Source: Octopus bimaculoides
Lineage: Eukaryota
Length of the DNA stretch: 64,000 nt
Assembly (NCBI RefSeq): GCF_001194135.2
Contig: NC_068998.1
Location: 6,040,305 to 6,104,304 of the forward strand
Reading direction: 5' to 3'
The position numbers were made by a program, and so were the translations under genes. The notes beneath the pieces were generated by a model. The model ran no database searches. It worked only from the letters and a program-made list of their open reading frames with translations, and was not told where the DNA came from. Positions 12,388-26,004 of this stretch are shown here, piece after piece (the stretch's first letter is position 1; each line of letters starts with the position of its first letter).

Positions 12388-12753
12388 TATCAGATACGTG
12401 TGTGCAGAGGCTGTGTGTATAAGCTCTGACTATTATATCAGATACGTGTGTGCAGAGGCTGTGTGTATAAGCTCTGACTATTATATCAGATACGTGTGTG
12501 CAGAGGCTGTGTGTATAAGCTCTGACTATTATATCAGATACGTGTGTGCAGAGGCTGTGTGTATAAGCTCTGACTATTATATCAGATACGTGTGTGCAGA
12601 GGCTGTGTGTATAAGCTCTGACTATTATATCAGATACGTGTGTGCAGAGGCTGTGTGTATAAGCTATGACTATTATATCAGATACGTGTGTGCAGAGGCT
12701 GTGTGTATAAGCTATGACTATTATATCAGATACGTGTGTATAAGCGATGACTA
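12388..12753 (+). repeat. 48-bp minisatellite, 7 full units plus a truncated one
   Basis: Unit TATCAGATACGTGTGTGCAGAGGCTGTGTGTATAAGCTCTGACTATTA; units 6 and 7 share a C>A variant (aagctAtgac). Confidence 0.95.
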
Positions 12754-12919
12754 TTTTCTTATGGGTTGCAAGTTCATTTCCACTGTCAGCGTTTCATTGT
12801 TTCTTGGCAGAACAATTGATTCTCAATGATCTCCGTTTGCACGTCCACCAGAAAGAAATAGGGGTGGGTGCCAGACGTTCCGATCACACACAGTAAAGTT
12901 GCGGACTACAAATGTAGGT

Positions 12920-12956
<37 letters not shown>

Positions 12957-15190
12957 AGTGATTGTTAGTGTACAACATGTATGCGTGAATGTGTGTGCGT
13001 ATGCGAAACCCACAAAGCTTTCGAACTGTTTGCCCTGTGTAACTTATGTTTAAGTATATCCCACCCACGACACACACACACACACACACATGTGCATGCT
13101 CGCTCGCTCACACTCACACTCAACAAACACACACACACTCAACAAACACACACACACCATTTCAGTACAGAAAGGTTTTTCAGTTGTTAACATTGTATTA
13201 TGGCTCTTAGTCATCCGAGTTCACTTTCTTGTTTTCCATGACTCATTGCTTTGATCTGCCTGTATCCATGGTTCGACTCACACTGTCAGCTATGCCAGTG
13301 TTCACAGAAGCAAAGCCAGTCGTGCATGGTTATACATATGAATGTATATATATATATGTATATATATATATACAGCAGCTCCACTGTGAAATACGATGGT
13401 GTAGGATGCAGAAAATATAAGGGCTTAGTTGTATGACTCTTAATTAGGCATTGTAAGCTCCTAATCATCAGGTCTGGTCCCTACTGCTGCTGGTACTGTC
13501 AAACAGTTTTATGGTATATAGCCTTATGAAATATTAAAAGGCATAGTAACTTTGAGATATAGTAGTTTTGCTTTTGTTTATTTGGTTTTTTTTTTTGGTT
13601 TTTGTTTCCTTATAGAATGAAGCTTGGTTATATAGCGGAGATGTATAGTGTAGCCATGCAGTATTGTATGGTGTTTGGAGCTCTTCCAATGTTTTTCTTA
13701 ATTTAAATAGATGCTGTAAGCATTATGTCAGGGCTTTCAAATTACTCCAAGACTAGTTACACGAGTTCCTTTTCGTAGGAGCTTAATCCCTTTCCTCTGG
13801 CACCCACCATATGGGCATGGGAATCTAGCCAGACTATTGCTGATTATTATAATGATGATGATGATGTTGGTGATAGTACTGATGATGATGATGATGATGA
13901 TGATGATGAGGGCTGGCTGAATGATTAAGGATGAAAAGTTTTACATTGATAGACTGCTCCTGATCAATTTTAAGTGAAGAAAAAAAGCCAACAAAATGTC
14001 TGGTGGTTGGAGAGTAGGTATTTGATGAATGTGGCTGCATCGGCTATTTGCTGAATCACACTGGATTATTAAATACAGCCACTTAGCCATTATCGGCAGC
14101 ACCGATTTTGAGCTTCAAAGAGCAACCAAGAAATATTAACTCTGAGTGAGTCAGCATTATAGTAGGGGGTATTATAGTAGGGGTTTTCTGTCAAACAAAA
14201 TTGTGGGCTTCTTTTTTGATTTGTGATTAATAATTGGAGGGACTTTAACTTTGTATTCCTAAAGACTTCGGAAAAGACATTCATATGACAATATTTTTGC
14301 TTCTTTGTAAGGCATCATGCCTACTTTGAAAAATAAAAAAAAAAAAAATTTAAGTGGGAGAAGAGAGAAAGAGGGAGTGTGAGAGAACTAGAACAATTAG
14401 CAAATGACCTGCCCTAATGAGTGGAGTTATGTACTCCGATGATGACTACATTACACAACAACACAAGCAGGAGAGAATAAGTGGGTTATTGCGGAGAAAA
14501 CCATTTATTTCTTAAGAAAGAACTGAAGCAGTCGAGGGTTTATTTGTTTTGTTTTTTTGAGAAGGAGACAGGAAGTTGTAATGATTTTAGCTTTGGCTGA
14601 GAGGGACATTTACAACATAAGTGAAGCGAAATGGTTTCAATGGGCAATCAAGCCTATNNNNNNNNNNNNNNNNNNNNNNNNNNNNNNNNNNNNNNNNNNN
14701 NNNNNNNNNNNNNNNNNNNNNNNNNNNNNNNNNNNNNNNNNNNNNNNNNNNNNNNNNNNNNNNNNNNNNNNNNNNNNNNNNNNNNNNNNNNNNNNNNNNN
14801 NNNNNNNNNNNNNNNNNNNNNNNNNNNNNNNNNNNNNNNNNNNNNNNNNNNNNNNNNNNNNNNNNNNNNNNNNNNNNNNNNNNNNNNNNNNNNNNNNNNN
14901 NNNNNNNNNNNNNNNNNNNNNNNNNNNNNNNNNNNNNNNNNNNNNNNNNNNNNNNNNNNNNNNNNNNNNNNNNNNNNNNNNNNNNNNNNNNNNNNNNNNN
15001 NNNNNNNNNNNNNNNNNNNNNNNNNNNNNNNNNNNNNNNNNNNNNNNNNNNNNNNNNNNNNNNNNNNNGTTTCATCATGGAACTGCTTGGACAGGGTTCA
15101 GTTCCTAGTCATTGTTATTCAACTAATAATAACAGTAAGTTTCTTTTTGTGTACATTTGCCAGTATGGAAAGGTAGATGTAGAATATTGA

Positions 15191-15229
<39 letters not shown>

Positions 15230-15389
15230 CACACACAACTCTTAGTGTGTGTGTGTATGTATATATATATATATATATAAATGTATTTTCTCTTGCTAAG
15301 TCTGGGTGGGGGGGACAACATTTACGATCTTAGTAAGTCCTCTGAGAACCTGATCCTGTCAGTGTTCCATATAAATTATTGCTGATCAA

Positions 15390-16130
15390 CATCTGCAGGA
15401 AACACGTGAGCAGGGAGAGCATTCAAGAGGAGTCATTCTACTGAGAAGGATTGGCTATGCATAGTTGTTAATGAAGGGTCATTGAAGAGGAGCAGCACTC
15501 TTTGTGATGTAGTCTGAGATATGTTGTGGATGGGCTTTCACCAGAGGAGATCCGCAGTAATAGTTAAGCCTGTTTGGAGTGACTTTGAGGTCTGCAGACT
15601 AGTGCTTCTCATGTGTAGAGGTGCAGTACAGTGGTGTTTTCTTGATAATATAAGTAGTGCAGGTTTTTGTTTATTGCTGTTAAAGAGACAAGGTTGGCAT
15701 GGCTCCACTGGGTAGGGCATTCATGGTTTCCATTTATGAAATTGATGCAGGTTTTGTGTGTGGAGTCTAAGGTTCCATGGAGTTGATGCATTGGTTGGGG
15801 AAGGTTAGGGTGGAATGAAGGTTTATATCATTTGCAGAAGAATGAGGTACTATTGGATGTGACTGTAATTAGGTTGTTGAAGCAAAGAAAGAAGAGACTG
15901 GGAGACAAACCCAAATCCTGGGGAGCACCAGAGTTGAGATCATTGTAGGAAATGCTCTGTCAACACCTGCTGCAGTAGTGTGACCTGATAGTGAGCTACT
16001 GATCTAGTAGATGAGAAATGGATAGGGTCCATTGGTGGGGCATTTGCATGTCGTACGTGATTGAAATCTTTACTGGGGTCTGACATGTAGTGTTTGTGTT
16101 TAACTGTTCAATGGACGTTCAAGTTGAAAA
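15390..16130 (-). mobile_element. Decayed CR1/L2-group LINE reverse-transcriptase fragment
   Basis: Minus-strand motifs in the correct order across frameshifts: NSGAPQDLGLSP (about 15900-15935; GVPQGSVLSP), SANDINLHS (about 15812-15840; YADD), WSHANLVS/FNSNK (W..NLV.FN..K), GLTITADLLW (about 15540-15570). Confidence 0.72.
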
Positions 16131-16260
16131 TCCATCACGAGCATTTCATTGTATTTACAGGAGGCTCACTTAATTCTACATTGTCTCAGCTGCTGAAAGT
16201 CGTTGTCATCTGGGAATGTGAGCTCTGATTGAGTATCTTCCCATCCCTGAAGAGATTTAT

Positions 16261-16478
16261 CTCTTTATCATTCAGCTTTGTCTGTCAAATGTAATTATTT
16301 ATTCACAATGTTTTTAATTAGTTATGCATTTATCTCGTAGTTTCAAGATTTTAGTGATGTGATTGTTTATTTTTGGAATGACTTTGTAGGGTAGGTGTGA
16401 GAGGCCAGATTTGGCTGGTGTGAACATAAAACCTGTGGAATAGTTAGGCCAGATATAGCCAGTTTAAATACTAAAGGA
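16261..16478 (+). mobile_element. piggyBac-type MITE, degraded copy
   Basis: Colinear with 21570-21788; ends ctctttatcattc ... aatactaaagga. Confidence 0.8.
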
Positions 16479-17569
16479 TTATATTAGGTGCCTCAGAAAC
16501 AAAATCCTTTAAAAATCAGTTTTTCATAAGCTCCTCAAAGTTTTAGAGACCTGTTGAAATGGAAACATTTAAGCATATGCTTTTGTAAGAAAATTATGTA
16601 CCATGGAGTAGGTCACCTCAATGAATTAATTCTCTATCAGAATATATTTCTGATTTAGCTTGAAGATTGTTATAATTCCTTGGAAGAATATGTTGGTCTT
16701 AGAACTAAAGGATTTCAATTATAGCTAAGTTAATTATGTGCATCAATCACTATCCAAAATAAATCTTATGGCGGTTTGTAGTAGATTTGGCAGTTAGTAT
16801 ACAAAGAGAAATTATATAACACACGCACACATACACAGTACCAAAGTTAATTGATTTAACTAGAATTTATTTCTAGATTAACTCTCAAGTAATTTCTAAT
16901 CTTGTTGTAACAGATCTCTAGAGCTTATGTCTCCAATTAATGAAAGGACTTGAGTTTGGCAGTTATGGTAGAGCTGTGCTGACCCTTGCTTTTGCGTGTG
17001 TGGGTGGGTGTCTTTGTGAAACATGTCAGCTGAAAACATAATTCCCAGTGTATATGGTTGTGTGATTGAGTGCATTGAAGAAATCAAATATGTCTCCTGA
17101 CATTGACGTTCTCCCTCTCTCCCTCCCTCCATTCCCCCTCCCCTCCCCCTTCCCTACCCATACATGCACAACCTCTACACAACTGTTCTAATTTCTGAAT
17201 ACATAATTTCCAGGCTGTTTCAGTATGCTCATCTGGTACTTGATGTGTATTTTCAGACCTACACTCTTGGTGGGATTTCTTTTCTTACTTTAACCTCTTA
17301 TCTCCTTGCATAATTACTGCCTCTCTCAGGGTTTATAGTCTTGCAAACTGCACGGTGACGTCACTAGTGCAAAAGTACCCAGTACATACTACAGAGTAAT
17401 TGGTGTTAGGGAGAGCATCCAGCCATAGAAACCACCATGTCAGAATAGACAGTGGAGTACACTGCAGTCCTTGGACTCATTGAATCCTTTGAAATTATCC
17501 AACCTATGGCAGCATGTAACAAGGATGTCTGATGACAATGATATGATGAAGTATGTTGGCCCTTTCATA

Positions 17570-17820
17570 TATAAGCTTGGATGTGTGGCGAAGAAGCTCC
17601 AAGTTTGATCTTACTCTGTGGTACCATGAGCAAGTGTCTTCTGCCATACCCTCAGACTGGGCAATACCTTGTGATTGAAATATTGTTTAACATGTGATGA
17701 TTGGTGGAATAAAAAATGCTCTACCTGGAAAAGATATAAGGGTTGGCAACAGGAAGGGCTTCCATCCGTAGAATCCTGCTTCAATTAAGTTTCATCTAAC
17801 CCATGCCAGCAACGATGATG
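17570..17820 (+). mobile_element. CORE-SINE, tail type 2, internally deleted
   Basis: gtgtggcgaagaagct...ccatgagcaagtgtcttctg, then ggttggcaacaggaagggc...aacccatgccagc. Confidence 0.7.
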
Positions 17821-18749
17821 GTTGTGTGTGTGCCATCAAAGCAGGGTGTTGGAAATGGCATTGGCCTTTGCATTGTTTTTGAGATTGATGAGATTAATAC
17901 AGTTGACATGATGTTGTAACATTGCAAGGAGAGAGTTTCTAAGGGCATACCTGACTGACCGAAATGTTTAGTATATGAACTGGGAGCTGAGACACAGGGT
18001 AACAAGAGGAGGAGAAATGAGTGGATCACATGGAGATTAGGAGAAGGTAGGCAGCTCACTTATTTGGGGAGAGCAGAGAGACCATTGTAGTAGGGATGAA
18101 AGAGATATATTGCGGGGAAACTGCATGTTTGTGGGCAACGAGTTGAAACCTGTTGGTGAGTGAATCTTTACCAATCAGCTGAATGGTCTTTTGGATTGGC
18201 TCTAGGATATTTATTGTTGTTGCAGCAACACTTCCCTTCTGTCCCCTCGTGTGTGTGTGTAGTAAAGAGTTATTATATAAATAGAATCTTTATAATATAA
18301 ACTTAAAATTTTCATTTACACGTATGACCTAAGACAAGTGAACAAAAGTGCCTCCAAGAATTGAACCATGTATTTCTTATACTGGATGTTAGCAATTTCG
18401 CCAAAGTACTTCTGAATGACAAAACCCGTCACATTAGTTCTTATAAGCATCTTACGGGATCATCTAACATTGTTTACTTCCACTCATTACACGAGTATCT
18501 TGAGTATTTTAGCACCATTAGGTTGACAGATTGCTCCTGTGTGTCTAACCTAGTTCAGTAGTACACATTAAAATTGCTGTGACTATAAATGAAATGACCC
18601 CCAGAATATGAAAAGTAAAGAATCTTAATATAAATGGTTATTAATTTTTAAAATATTAACTTAAAAGGATTGTTTTGAAGTACAACGCAAGACAAGACGT
18701 GAACAGAGCCTACAGGAAAGTTGTTACATAATATTATATGTGTGTAAGC

Positions 18750-19190
18750 ACTGATAACAGTTTCCTTCTCAGAGTAAAGGGCAGACTAGATGTTGCATGT
18801 GTACAAAGTGTGATGTTGCATGATAGCAAGACATGAGCCTTAAACGCAGAAGATATGTGATGGCCAGCAAGAATTGCAGTGAGCATGCTATAATTGTTGT
18901 GTAATGTTAGCATGCTTGAATGGCAGAGCACTGAGTTGAGAAAGACTGGATGCGAAATGGACCAGGTGTAGTGTGCAAGAGAGAAGAGGATACTGGTACA
19001 GACATCATGATATTTTTGGATAATGGCAGCTGGATAGAGAAGTGCCAATCATTCTAATTGGGTGGAACCTGTGGAAGAAGGATGCAAAGGGAAACAAGGA
19101 TAAAATAATGAAAATTGAGCTCAAAGGGTTGATTCTCACAAAGAAAATAGCAAAGGACCACAACAAGTGGTTAATAGATGTGTTGGAGAA
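18750..19190 (+). mobile_element. Old RTE-clade LINE 3' fragment, same family as 55917
   Basis: ctcagagtaaagggcagact...gtgtgcaagagagaag aligns by eye with 56120-56345; many stops and frameshifts. Confidence 0.75.
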
Positions 19191-20962
19191 GACCTACTTA
19201 TGGAAAAACAGCCATAAAAATGATTACAATGATGGTCGTTGACATGGGTTCATATCGCGGTTTGGGTCTGTCTCACTCATAATGCTCATATCACTCTATT
19301 TTGCTCTAAACCTATTGCCTGCAAGGCAACAGGTGGCAGTGTTCTGGATCTGTTCATATTTAATCCAGGTGTCACCCACTTATATATATTGCTGTACATC
19401 TCGCCTTCCCCATTATTTCCTCAATATTGACATCCATCACTCTTTTTCCTCTGCAAAATACATTTGTTTTGTTTGCCTTAGTTTGCTTGGCTGAACATCT
19501 GTGCCAACCATGCATGAGATTTGTGTCATCAGTAGGAAGAAATGTGTATTGATGAAAGGTAAACTTTGAGAAAACCATTCCAGTAGTTAGCAAGCAAAAA
19601 CAGATAAATGCAGAGGAGTTAGAAGTATGTATTGGTGGTTGGAATAATACACTTACTTTGCTTTTAGTGCAGTTTCCAACATTGTTTTTGATGTGCGTAA
19701 ATATTTTTCTGGATTTTACTTCTAATCTGAGAAAATGTGTGCAGACAGAAAATATAACACCTGAAGACTATTGACTAATATACCAATTGAAATGTAGTGT
19801 GAATCTAATAAATTTGAAAGAAAAAAAAAAAATATGTGTAGTTAATAGTTTGATTCATTGCTGTAAGTTTGATAAATTTAGATTGCTTTTGGCATCAAGG
19901 TTTTGTATTAAGTTGTAAATAAACACATAATCAGGTAACAGGGCAGAGGAGCAAGCAAGAGAGATAATACTAAATTTAAAAAGTTACTTTCTCTCACCCC
20001 TACCACCTAGTCTTCCCTCTTTCTTTCTTTCTTTCTCTTTCTCCCTCTCTCTCTCTCTCTCTCTCCTGGCAACCCCCATCAACCGCTTCTTGGCTGAGTT
20101 ATCGTGTTTCAGCTGTGTTATTGACAAGTCTTTTGTCAGAAATGGAAAGAAAGCTGTATCGACTGATCAGGAAATATTTGATATTCTGCTGTGAATGCAT
20201 CTCAGTTTAGAGAATGTGCACTTGAGGACAAGGAAGTCGGTTCCTTTGATAACTCTGCTCTCAGCAATTACATAAAACTTCATATCACTAGTTTATAGAT
20301 AAACACCATAATTATCATTATTATTATTATCATTATTATTATTACCACCATCACCACTGGTACTATTATTATTATTATTACTATTATCGTCAACAGAGTG
20401 TTATTTTCAGTGCAACTTCTAAGGTCAGTTGTATTCTTTTGCTTTAATGTTTTCGGGATTATATTTTTGATTTTTTACTTGGGTTTTATACATATTTTTT
20501 TTACATTGGTATTTTCTGTTTTTCCGTTTTTTTTTATTGGGATTTATTTATATGGATTTTTCTTTTTTTTTCTTTAATGTACAGGATTTGCCATAAGGTT
20601 GTTTGTGTGTATATGTGTGTGCGCGCGTATAAGATTTCCTTTAAATTTTTGGTTTGGCTTCTGTTTTGCTTGTGGAAATGCTTTGATAGTTACTTAGAGA
20701 ATTAATCCCGTTACCTATTAGTACTAGTCTGACAATAGCTTTTGTTTACCAACACACATTCTCTGTCTGTCTGTCTGTCTCTCACACACTTTGTACATTC
20801 AACAAAACTTATTTTTCATTGAGTATTTATGCCAATATATCTATCTCCAAACATGAAAAGCTTTAACTTGTAGATTAGTCAAAATACAAGAAGGTAACTA
20901 GAATGTACAACCCCTTCATAATAATTTCTATTTTCAGTACAGCTACCTGTTTTTTTTTTTTA

Positions 20963-20994
<32 letters not shown>

Positions 20995-21004
20995 GTGTTG
21001 ATAG

Positions 21005-21215
21005 CAAGCTGGGAAAATTTTTCAATATGCTGGACAAAATGCTTACCCTCATTTTGCCTTCCTTCTATGCTCAGATTTCAAAATTCAGCTGAAGTTGACT
21101 TTGCCTTTCATTGGGGGTCAATAAATTAAGTACCAGTTGTGTACTGGATCGATCTTATCTACTGGCCTTCTCCCTTAAAATTCCGGGCCTTGTGCCTAAA
21201 GTAGAAAAGATATCT
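21005..21215 (+). mobile_element. Family A SINE directly after an (ATT)n tract
   Basis: gcaagctggg...ggacaaaatgctta...aagtaccagttgtgtactgg...ggccttgtgcctaaagtagaaaaga. Confidence 0.85.
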
Positions 21216-21569
21216 ATGGACCATTTTACCTTTTGGTTCTGGTAATTATACAAGTCTGCTCAGTCCATTAATTAGCAAATGCCTTTTGCAGAAAAATACA
21301 CTGCTGTGAGGCCTTCAAATAAGGCAATTGGCACTTGGTGTCATAATTAGAAGGCATGTGAATTACAACCAGATACAGTGTTAACTATAAGCACCAGACA
21401 ATGACAACCAGAATGACTGACCTATGTAGATCAGGTTAGATATCTAACCCTGGATCCTATATATGCTGACAAATAACATCACCTTAAAACCAGTTGTAGT
21501 GGAACCGTGTCAGTGGTCAGGTCACATTTGGTGCAACGGAAATTTTGGCACCAAATAATGAATGTTTAA

Positions 21570-21788
21570 CTCTTTAGCATTCTGATTATTCTGTCAAAAG
21601 TAATGCTTATTTATTCCCATTGTTTTGAATTAATCGTGGATTATCTTGTGGCTTTGGGATTTTGATGATGTGATTATTTATTTTTAGAATGACATTGTAG
21701 AGCAGGTTTGAGAGGATAGATCTGGCCAGCTTGAACATAAATAAGTTGAATATTTTGGCTGGATATGGCCAGATTGGATGCTAAAGGG
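21570..21788 (+). mobile_element. Complete piggyBac-type MITE (219 bp)
   Basis: TTAA at 21566-69 and 21789-92; TIRs CTCTTTAGCATTC / GGATGCTAAAGGG; non-coding. Confidence 0.85.
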
Positions 21789-23399
21789 TTAAGATTTGTG
21801 TGTATTTGCATGGCTGATATGTGTCTTCTATGCTGTAGTTTTTTTTAGTTCTAACAGTCGAAGATCGAATCTCATGCCAGGCAATTAGACCTCTGAAATT
21901 TAGTGTTCTGCTACTCCAAATTCAAACAGTTTTTATGATGGCTGGATAGGACAAGAGATGGCCAAGCCCGTAGAGAAGAACTATACCTAATGCATATTTT
22001 TCTTCTCATATCTGAATTTGCGTTTCACTGTTTGAAGTTTAAATCCTGCCAAAATCAACTTCATCTTCCTTTGCAGGGATTGTTATATCGGCTACATTTC
22101 TTCTTCCTTTACAAAATAACAACTTTAAATCTAGTGTAAAAAAAATGATTATTATTGAAAATAATTTAATGATATAGGAGGGTGTCATTCCACAATAGTC
22201 TCTTTGGTCGATATCTTTGTGGTGTTTCTTTACCTTTTTTTTATTATTGTAATATTTTGCTTTATTTAATTCCCTATTAGATGATTGATTTGTGTGTGTG
22301 TATATATATATATATGTATGTATGTGTGTGTGTATGTATACATATATATATCTATGTGTGTGTGTATATATATATATATATATGTATATGATCTATTTTG
22401 GAAATAGCTGCACTAACTGCTTGGTATCATTTCGTCTCTTGCCTTGTTATCTCTCCAGTCCCCACTGTTGTATCATATTACTCTTGTCGACATCGGAGAC
22501 AGTGTCTTTTCTTACTATCACAACTTATCTCTTGCTCACTTCCAGGTTATACTATATTACCCCTTCCTTTTTTTCTTCTGCACATGACACCACACGTGTG
22601 CATTCGTTGTAATCTGGCACTAGTATTTGTCGATCAAGTTTGACAAAATCCCATTTACCTAGCCTATTCTACTGCTAGTACAATGGCTTGTACACAGCCT
22701 GCTGCATACTGCCTCCAACTCCGTGCGGACCCACCTGGCACACTCACCCCTATTCTTCTTGGCACTTCTAATTTGTTACAATTTTACTATCTGCTGTACC
22801 TAATCTTTCCTACCCTTGAACATTCCTTCTGGAATTTCTACTCTGTCTACGCCTGCACCACCACCATAAGCATCAATTTAGAGATATTCTTGTTGAAGTA
22901 TATTGATCATGGAAATCTTGGAGGGCCTGGTGAGGTTAAAGAGCAACTGTCCTTTCCTTTTGGCTAAGCCATAGTGAAACAAAGCAAAGCAATCAATGCC
23001 GGCATGTAAAGTTGGCAAAGCTGTTTGATATTATGGAAAGAGGTTAGAGAAATTGGTTTGTGAGTAGGCAGCAGCTGAAATCTCTCTTTGATTGAGTTGG
23101 TCTCCTCTCTTTGTCTTATAGTTTTGAGATAAGCGAAAACATCTAGAGCTTTTTGTCTCCATCATCATCATCATCATCATCATCTTTTAATTGCAGCTGC
23201 TACACTTCCTTAATTCTTGATACTAGGTGCGTAGAATAGCAAAGACTAATGGAGTTTTCTGATTTAATATCTGTCAGTATTTAGTTTCACCCAGCTACAT
23301 TCTGACAGATAAACACCAGGCAGAAGCTGGAGACCATTCCATTGGTTAAACTATGCTTTGCATACGTGTTGGTTTGTGCCTAACCTAGAAAATTTTTAT

Positions 23400-24260
23400 C
23401 AAGCAGCGTTTCTTCCAATGCCTTACATTTTAAGTTCAAATGCCACTGAAGTTAGCTTTGTCTTAGTCTCTTGAACATGATAAAATACTAAAATACTGGG
23501 AGCCAGTGTAATTGGCTAATCCCCCCCCCCCCNNNNNNNNNNATTTGAAATATAATGACCCTCCCTTCTGAAGCCCCTGTGGTGAATAAAAGAAAAAGTG
23601 TTTAGCAGTATTTTCTTCTGGCTTTATGTTCTGTGTTCAGAATACTCTGAGGTCAACTTTACCTTCCATCCTTTTAGGGGTCAATAAAATATATTCCAGT
23701 TGAGCACTGTGGTCAATGTAATCGACTACCTTTCTTCCTCCAAATTTCAGGCCCTTTGTATCAAACAGAAATACTTAGTTGGATTCCTTGGTGCCAAAAG
23801 CATACTTTAGTCATTCCATAAAGGCTAGACTAAATACTGAGTTTGATATAACTGACTATTAAAAAAAGCCCTTGAAGTCAATATTCCAGCTTGGCCACAG
23901 TCCAAAGACTTCAACAAGCGTGTGTATATGTGTGTAATTAATGAAGTGTTGTTGCAAAGAATAATGACATAATCATCTTTTATGTTCATTATTTGTATTA
24001 ACACTTAAGACATAAACAAACATGTTTTCATTTCATCTTAAGGAAAGAAAAAAAAGCAAACTAAAACAAAGATGGTCAATTTTTAACTCGTTCCTTCTGC
24101 TCACCATCCGTACTTATGTTTAAGTTCCAAAGCTTTATAGGGTTGTGGTTGTTAGTTTAGGTTTTTTGTTTCGAGTTCAAATCTTGCTGAGGTCACTGTT
24201 GCTTCCCATCTTTCTTGAGTCGATACAATAAAGTATTAGCCAGGTACTAAGATCAGCTTA
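23400..24260 (+). mobile_element. Cluster of three partial family A SINEs plus a CORE-SINE tail fragment
   Basis: gttcaaat/gaggtcaacttt modules near 23430, 23640 and 24175; cttggccacagtc tail near 23890. Confidence 0.7.
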
Positions 24261-25962
24261 GTGGTATGTGTTGGTATGGAGGTGGAGTTTGCCAAAATGC
24301 AAAATGCAGTGCTGGATGAAATTGCATTTTGATGGTTGGTTCTGAGTCTGACATCCCAGATTGGTGCAATGCATATCAATTAAGTATTGGTGTTGAGTTC
24401 TGTTTTTAATTTTTTTTTCACCCTTTGCCCTTCTCTGGAAATTTGGGATCTTGCACTAATGTCAGTATTATTGGCTAAAGTATTGACCAGTTATATGTAT
24501 GTACGTATGCAATTTTGAGAGAGAGAGAGAGAGACTCATTTACCTATATGTGTTTCCTAGGACCCCTCCTCTGTCTCAACATCATCATCATCCTCAACCT
24601 CATGGCCATTTCTGTCTCAAGTCCTAGAACCCACAGGACCAGTTACCCAGTTTCCATGGCACATAAATGACAAAGCTCACAACATCCCCACCCCGCCCCT
24701 GAAACAGGATGTCAAGCCTTCACAGGATTATTCATTTACAGCTAATGAGCTGAAGCAACGGGAATTGGCATGTCTTGCTTAAGAACACAACACACCACCC
24801 AGTCTGGGGCCAAAACCATGGTCCTGCAATTATGAGTGCACCACCCCTTACACTAGACCACACCCTTTCACTAGAATCCTCAGGTTTCATTAAAATGGTT
24901 TAATTATCAGCAGTTGTATTTTTTTAAGTCATTGTTGTGCTTAACTATAAAAAGGAAGAAAAGTACAGGGGGCAATTCATTCCACTAAAACTCTTGAAGA
25001 CAGTACCCTGGCATGGCTGCAGTCTAATGATTGAAACAAGTGAAAGATAGAAGATTCATACAAAGTATATTCTGCAAAATTGGGGAAGTCTTGGTACCTG
25101 TAAATAGTAAGGAGTCTCTATCAGAAAAAAATGACATCTTAATGGAAATCTAATTGTATTGGAATTTGGTTGGAACAAGGTCTTTGCTAAAATGAAATTT
25201 CTTAAAGCTGCTTTGTGGCTTTTTGATTCATTCAACCTCTTATGAGATGAAACTTCATGAAAGAGAAAGAAAAAAAATATACAAAGATGTAATAACTCTG
25301 CATTTAGGGGATTCCCCATTTTATGTGGAATGTATTTAAAGAATTCTGCAAAAGTAAAAGAAGTTGGGAAACACTGGTCTATATCGTAGTATTTGATCAA
25401 ATCATGGCAGAAAGCAAAATAAATGACCTTAGATGGGATTTGGAAATCACCTTCATAGTTCCCTCTTTTCTTTCCCACATTTTATCTATTTTATTTTTTT
25501 TTGTGTTATTTTTTTCTGTTATTTTGCTGCCCCGAAAGTTCTTGTCAGTATTGATTATTGATCTCTCTCCCTCTCTCTACAATTTAAATGTGTTAAGATT
25601 TCTTTACAATTGGTGTGTATGTGTGGTGGGGGTGTCATTGTACTAGCCAGTGGTTTTTGGCAAGCCTTTTCCTGAGGTGGTTTCTTTTTACTTTTTTTTT
25701 TGTTTTTGTTGCTTTTTTGGCACAACTACCCTAATCACATAATAAATATATCTGTCTGTTCCCCTGTTTCCCATTAATGAAATTTTTGGTAGTAGCAATG
25801 GCAATAGGTCTTGTGGGTGCTGTAGTAGTGGGGAAAAGGAAGGAGCTTAATTTATTTTCTTTCTATTTTTTTTTTGTTTCTTTTGTTTTCCAATGTTTTA
25901 TTTTTATTATCTTGTTCGACATTCAACTATCTACTCCTCCCTCTTTTGATACAGTTGATTGT

Positions 25963-26004
<42 letters not shown>

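Noticed and set aside
12398-12829. 143-aa ORF with a Cys/Tyr-rich 16-aa repeat (VCAEAVCISSDYYIRY), and a possible CRISPR-like array
   Set aside because: It is open only because a stop-free 48-bp unit is a multiple of 3; it starts at GTG, has no splice support, and has no spacers.
13834-14040. Poly-His ORF on the minus strand
   Set aside because: Translation of a (GAT)n microsatellite.
22400-22980. Complex non-repetitive-looking sequence with several short ORFs
   Set aside because: No recognisable protein motif on either strand and no consistent splice sites; probably an old decayed element that I cannot name.
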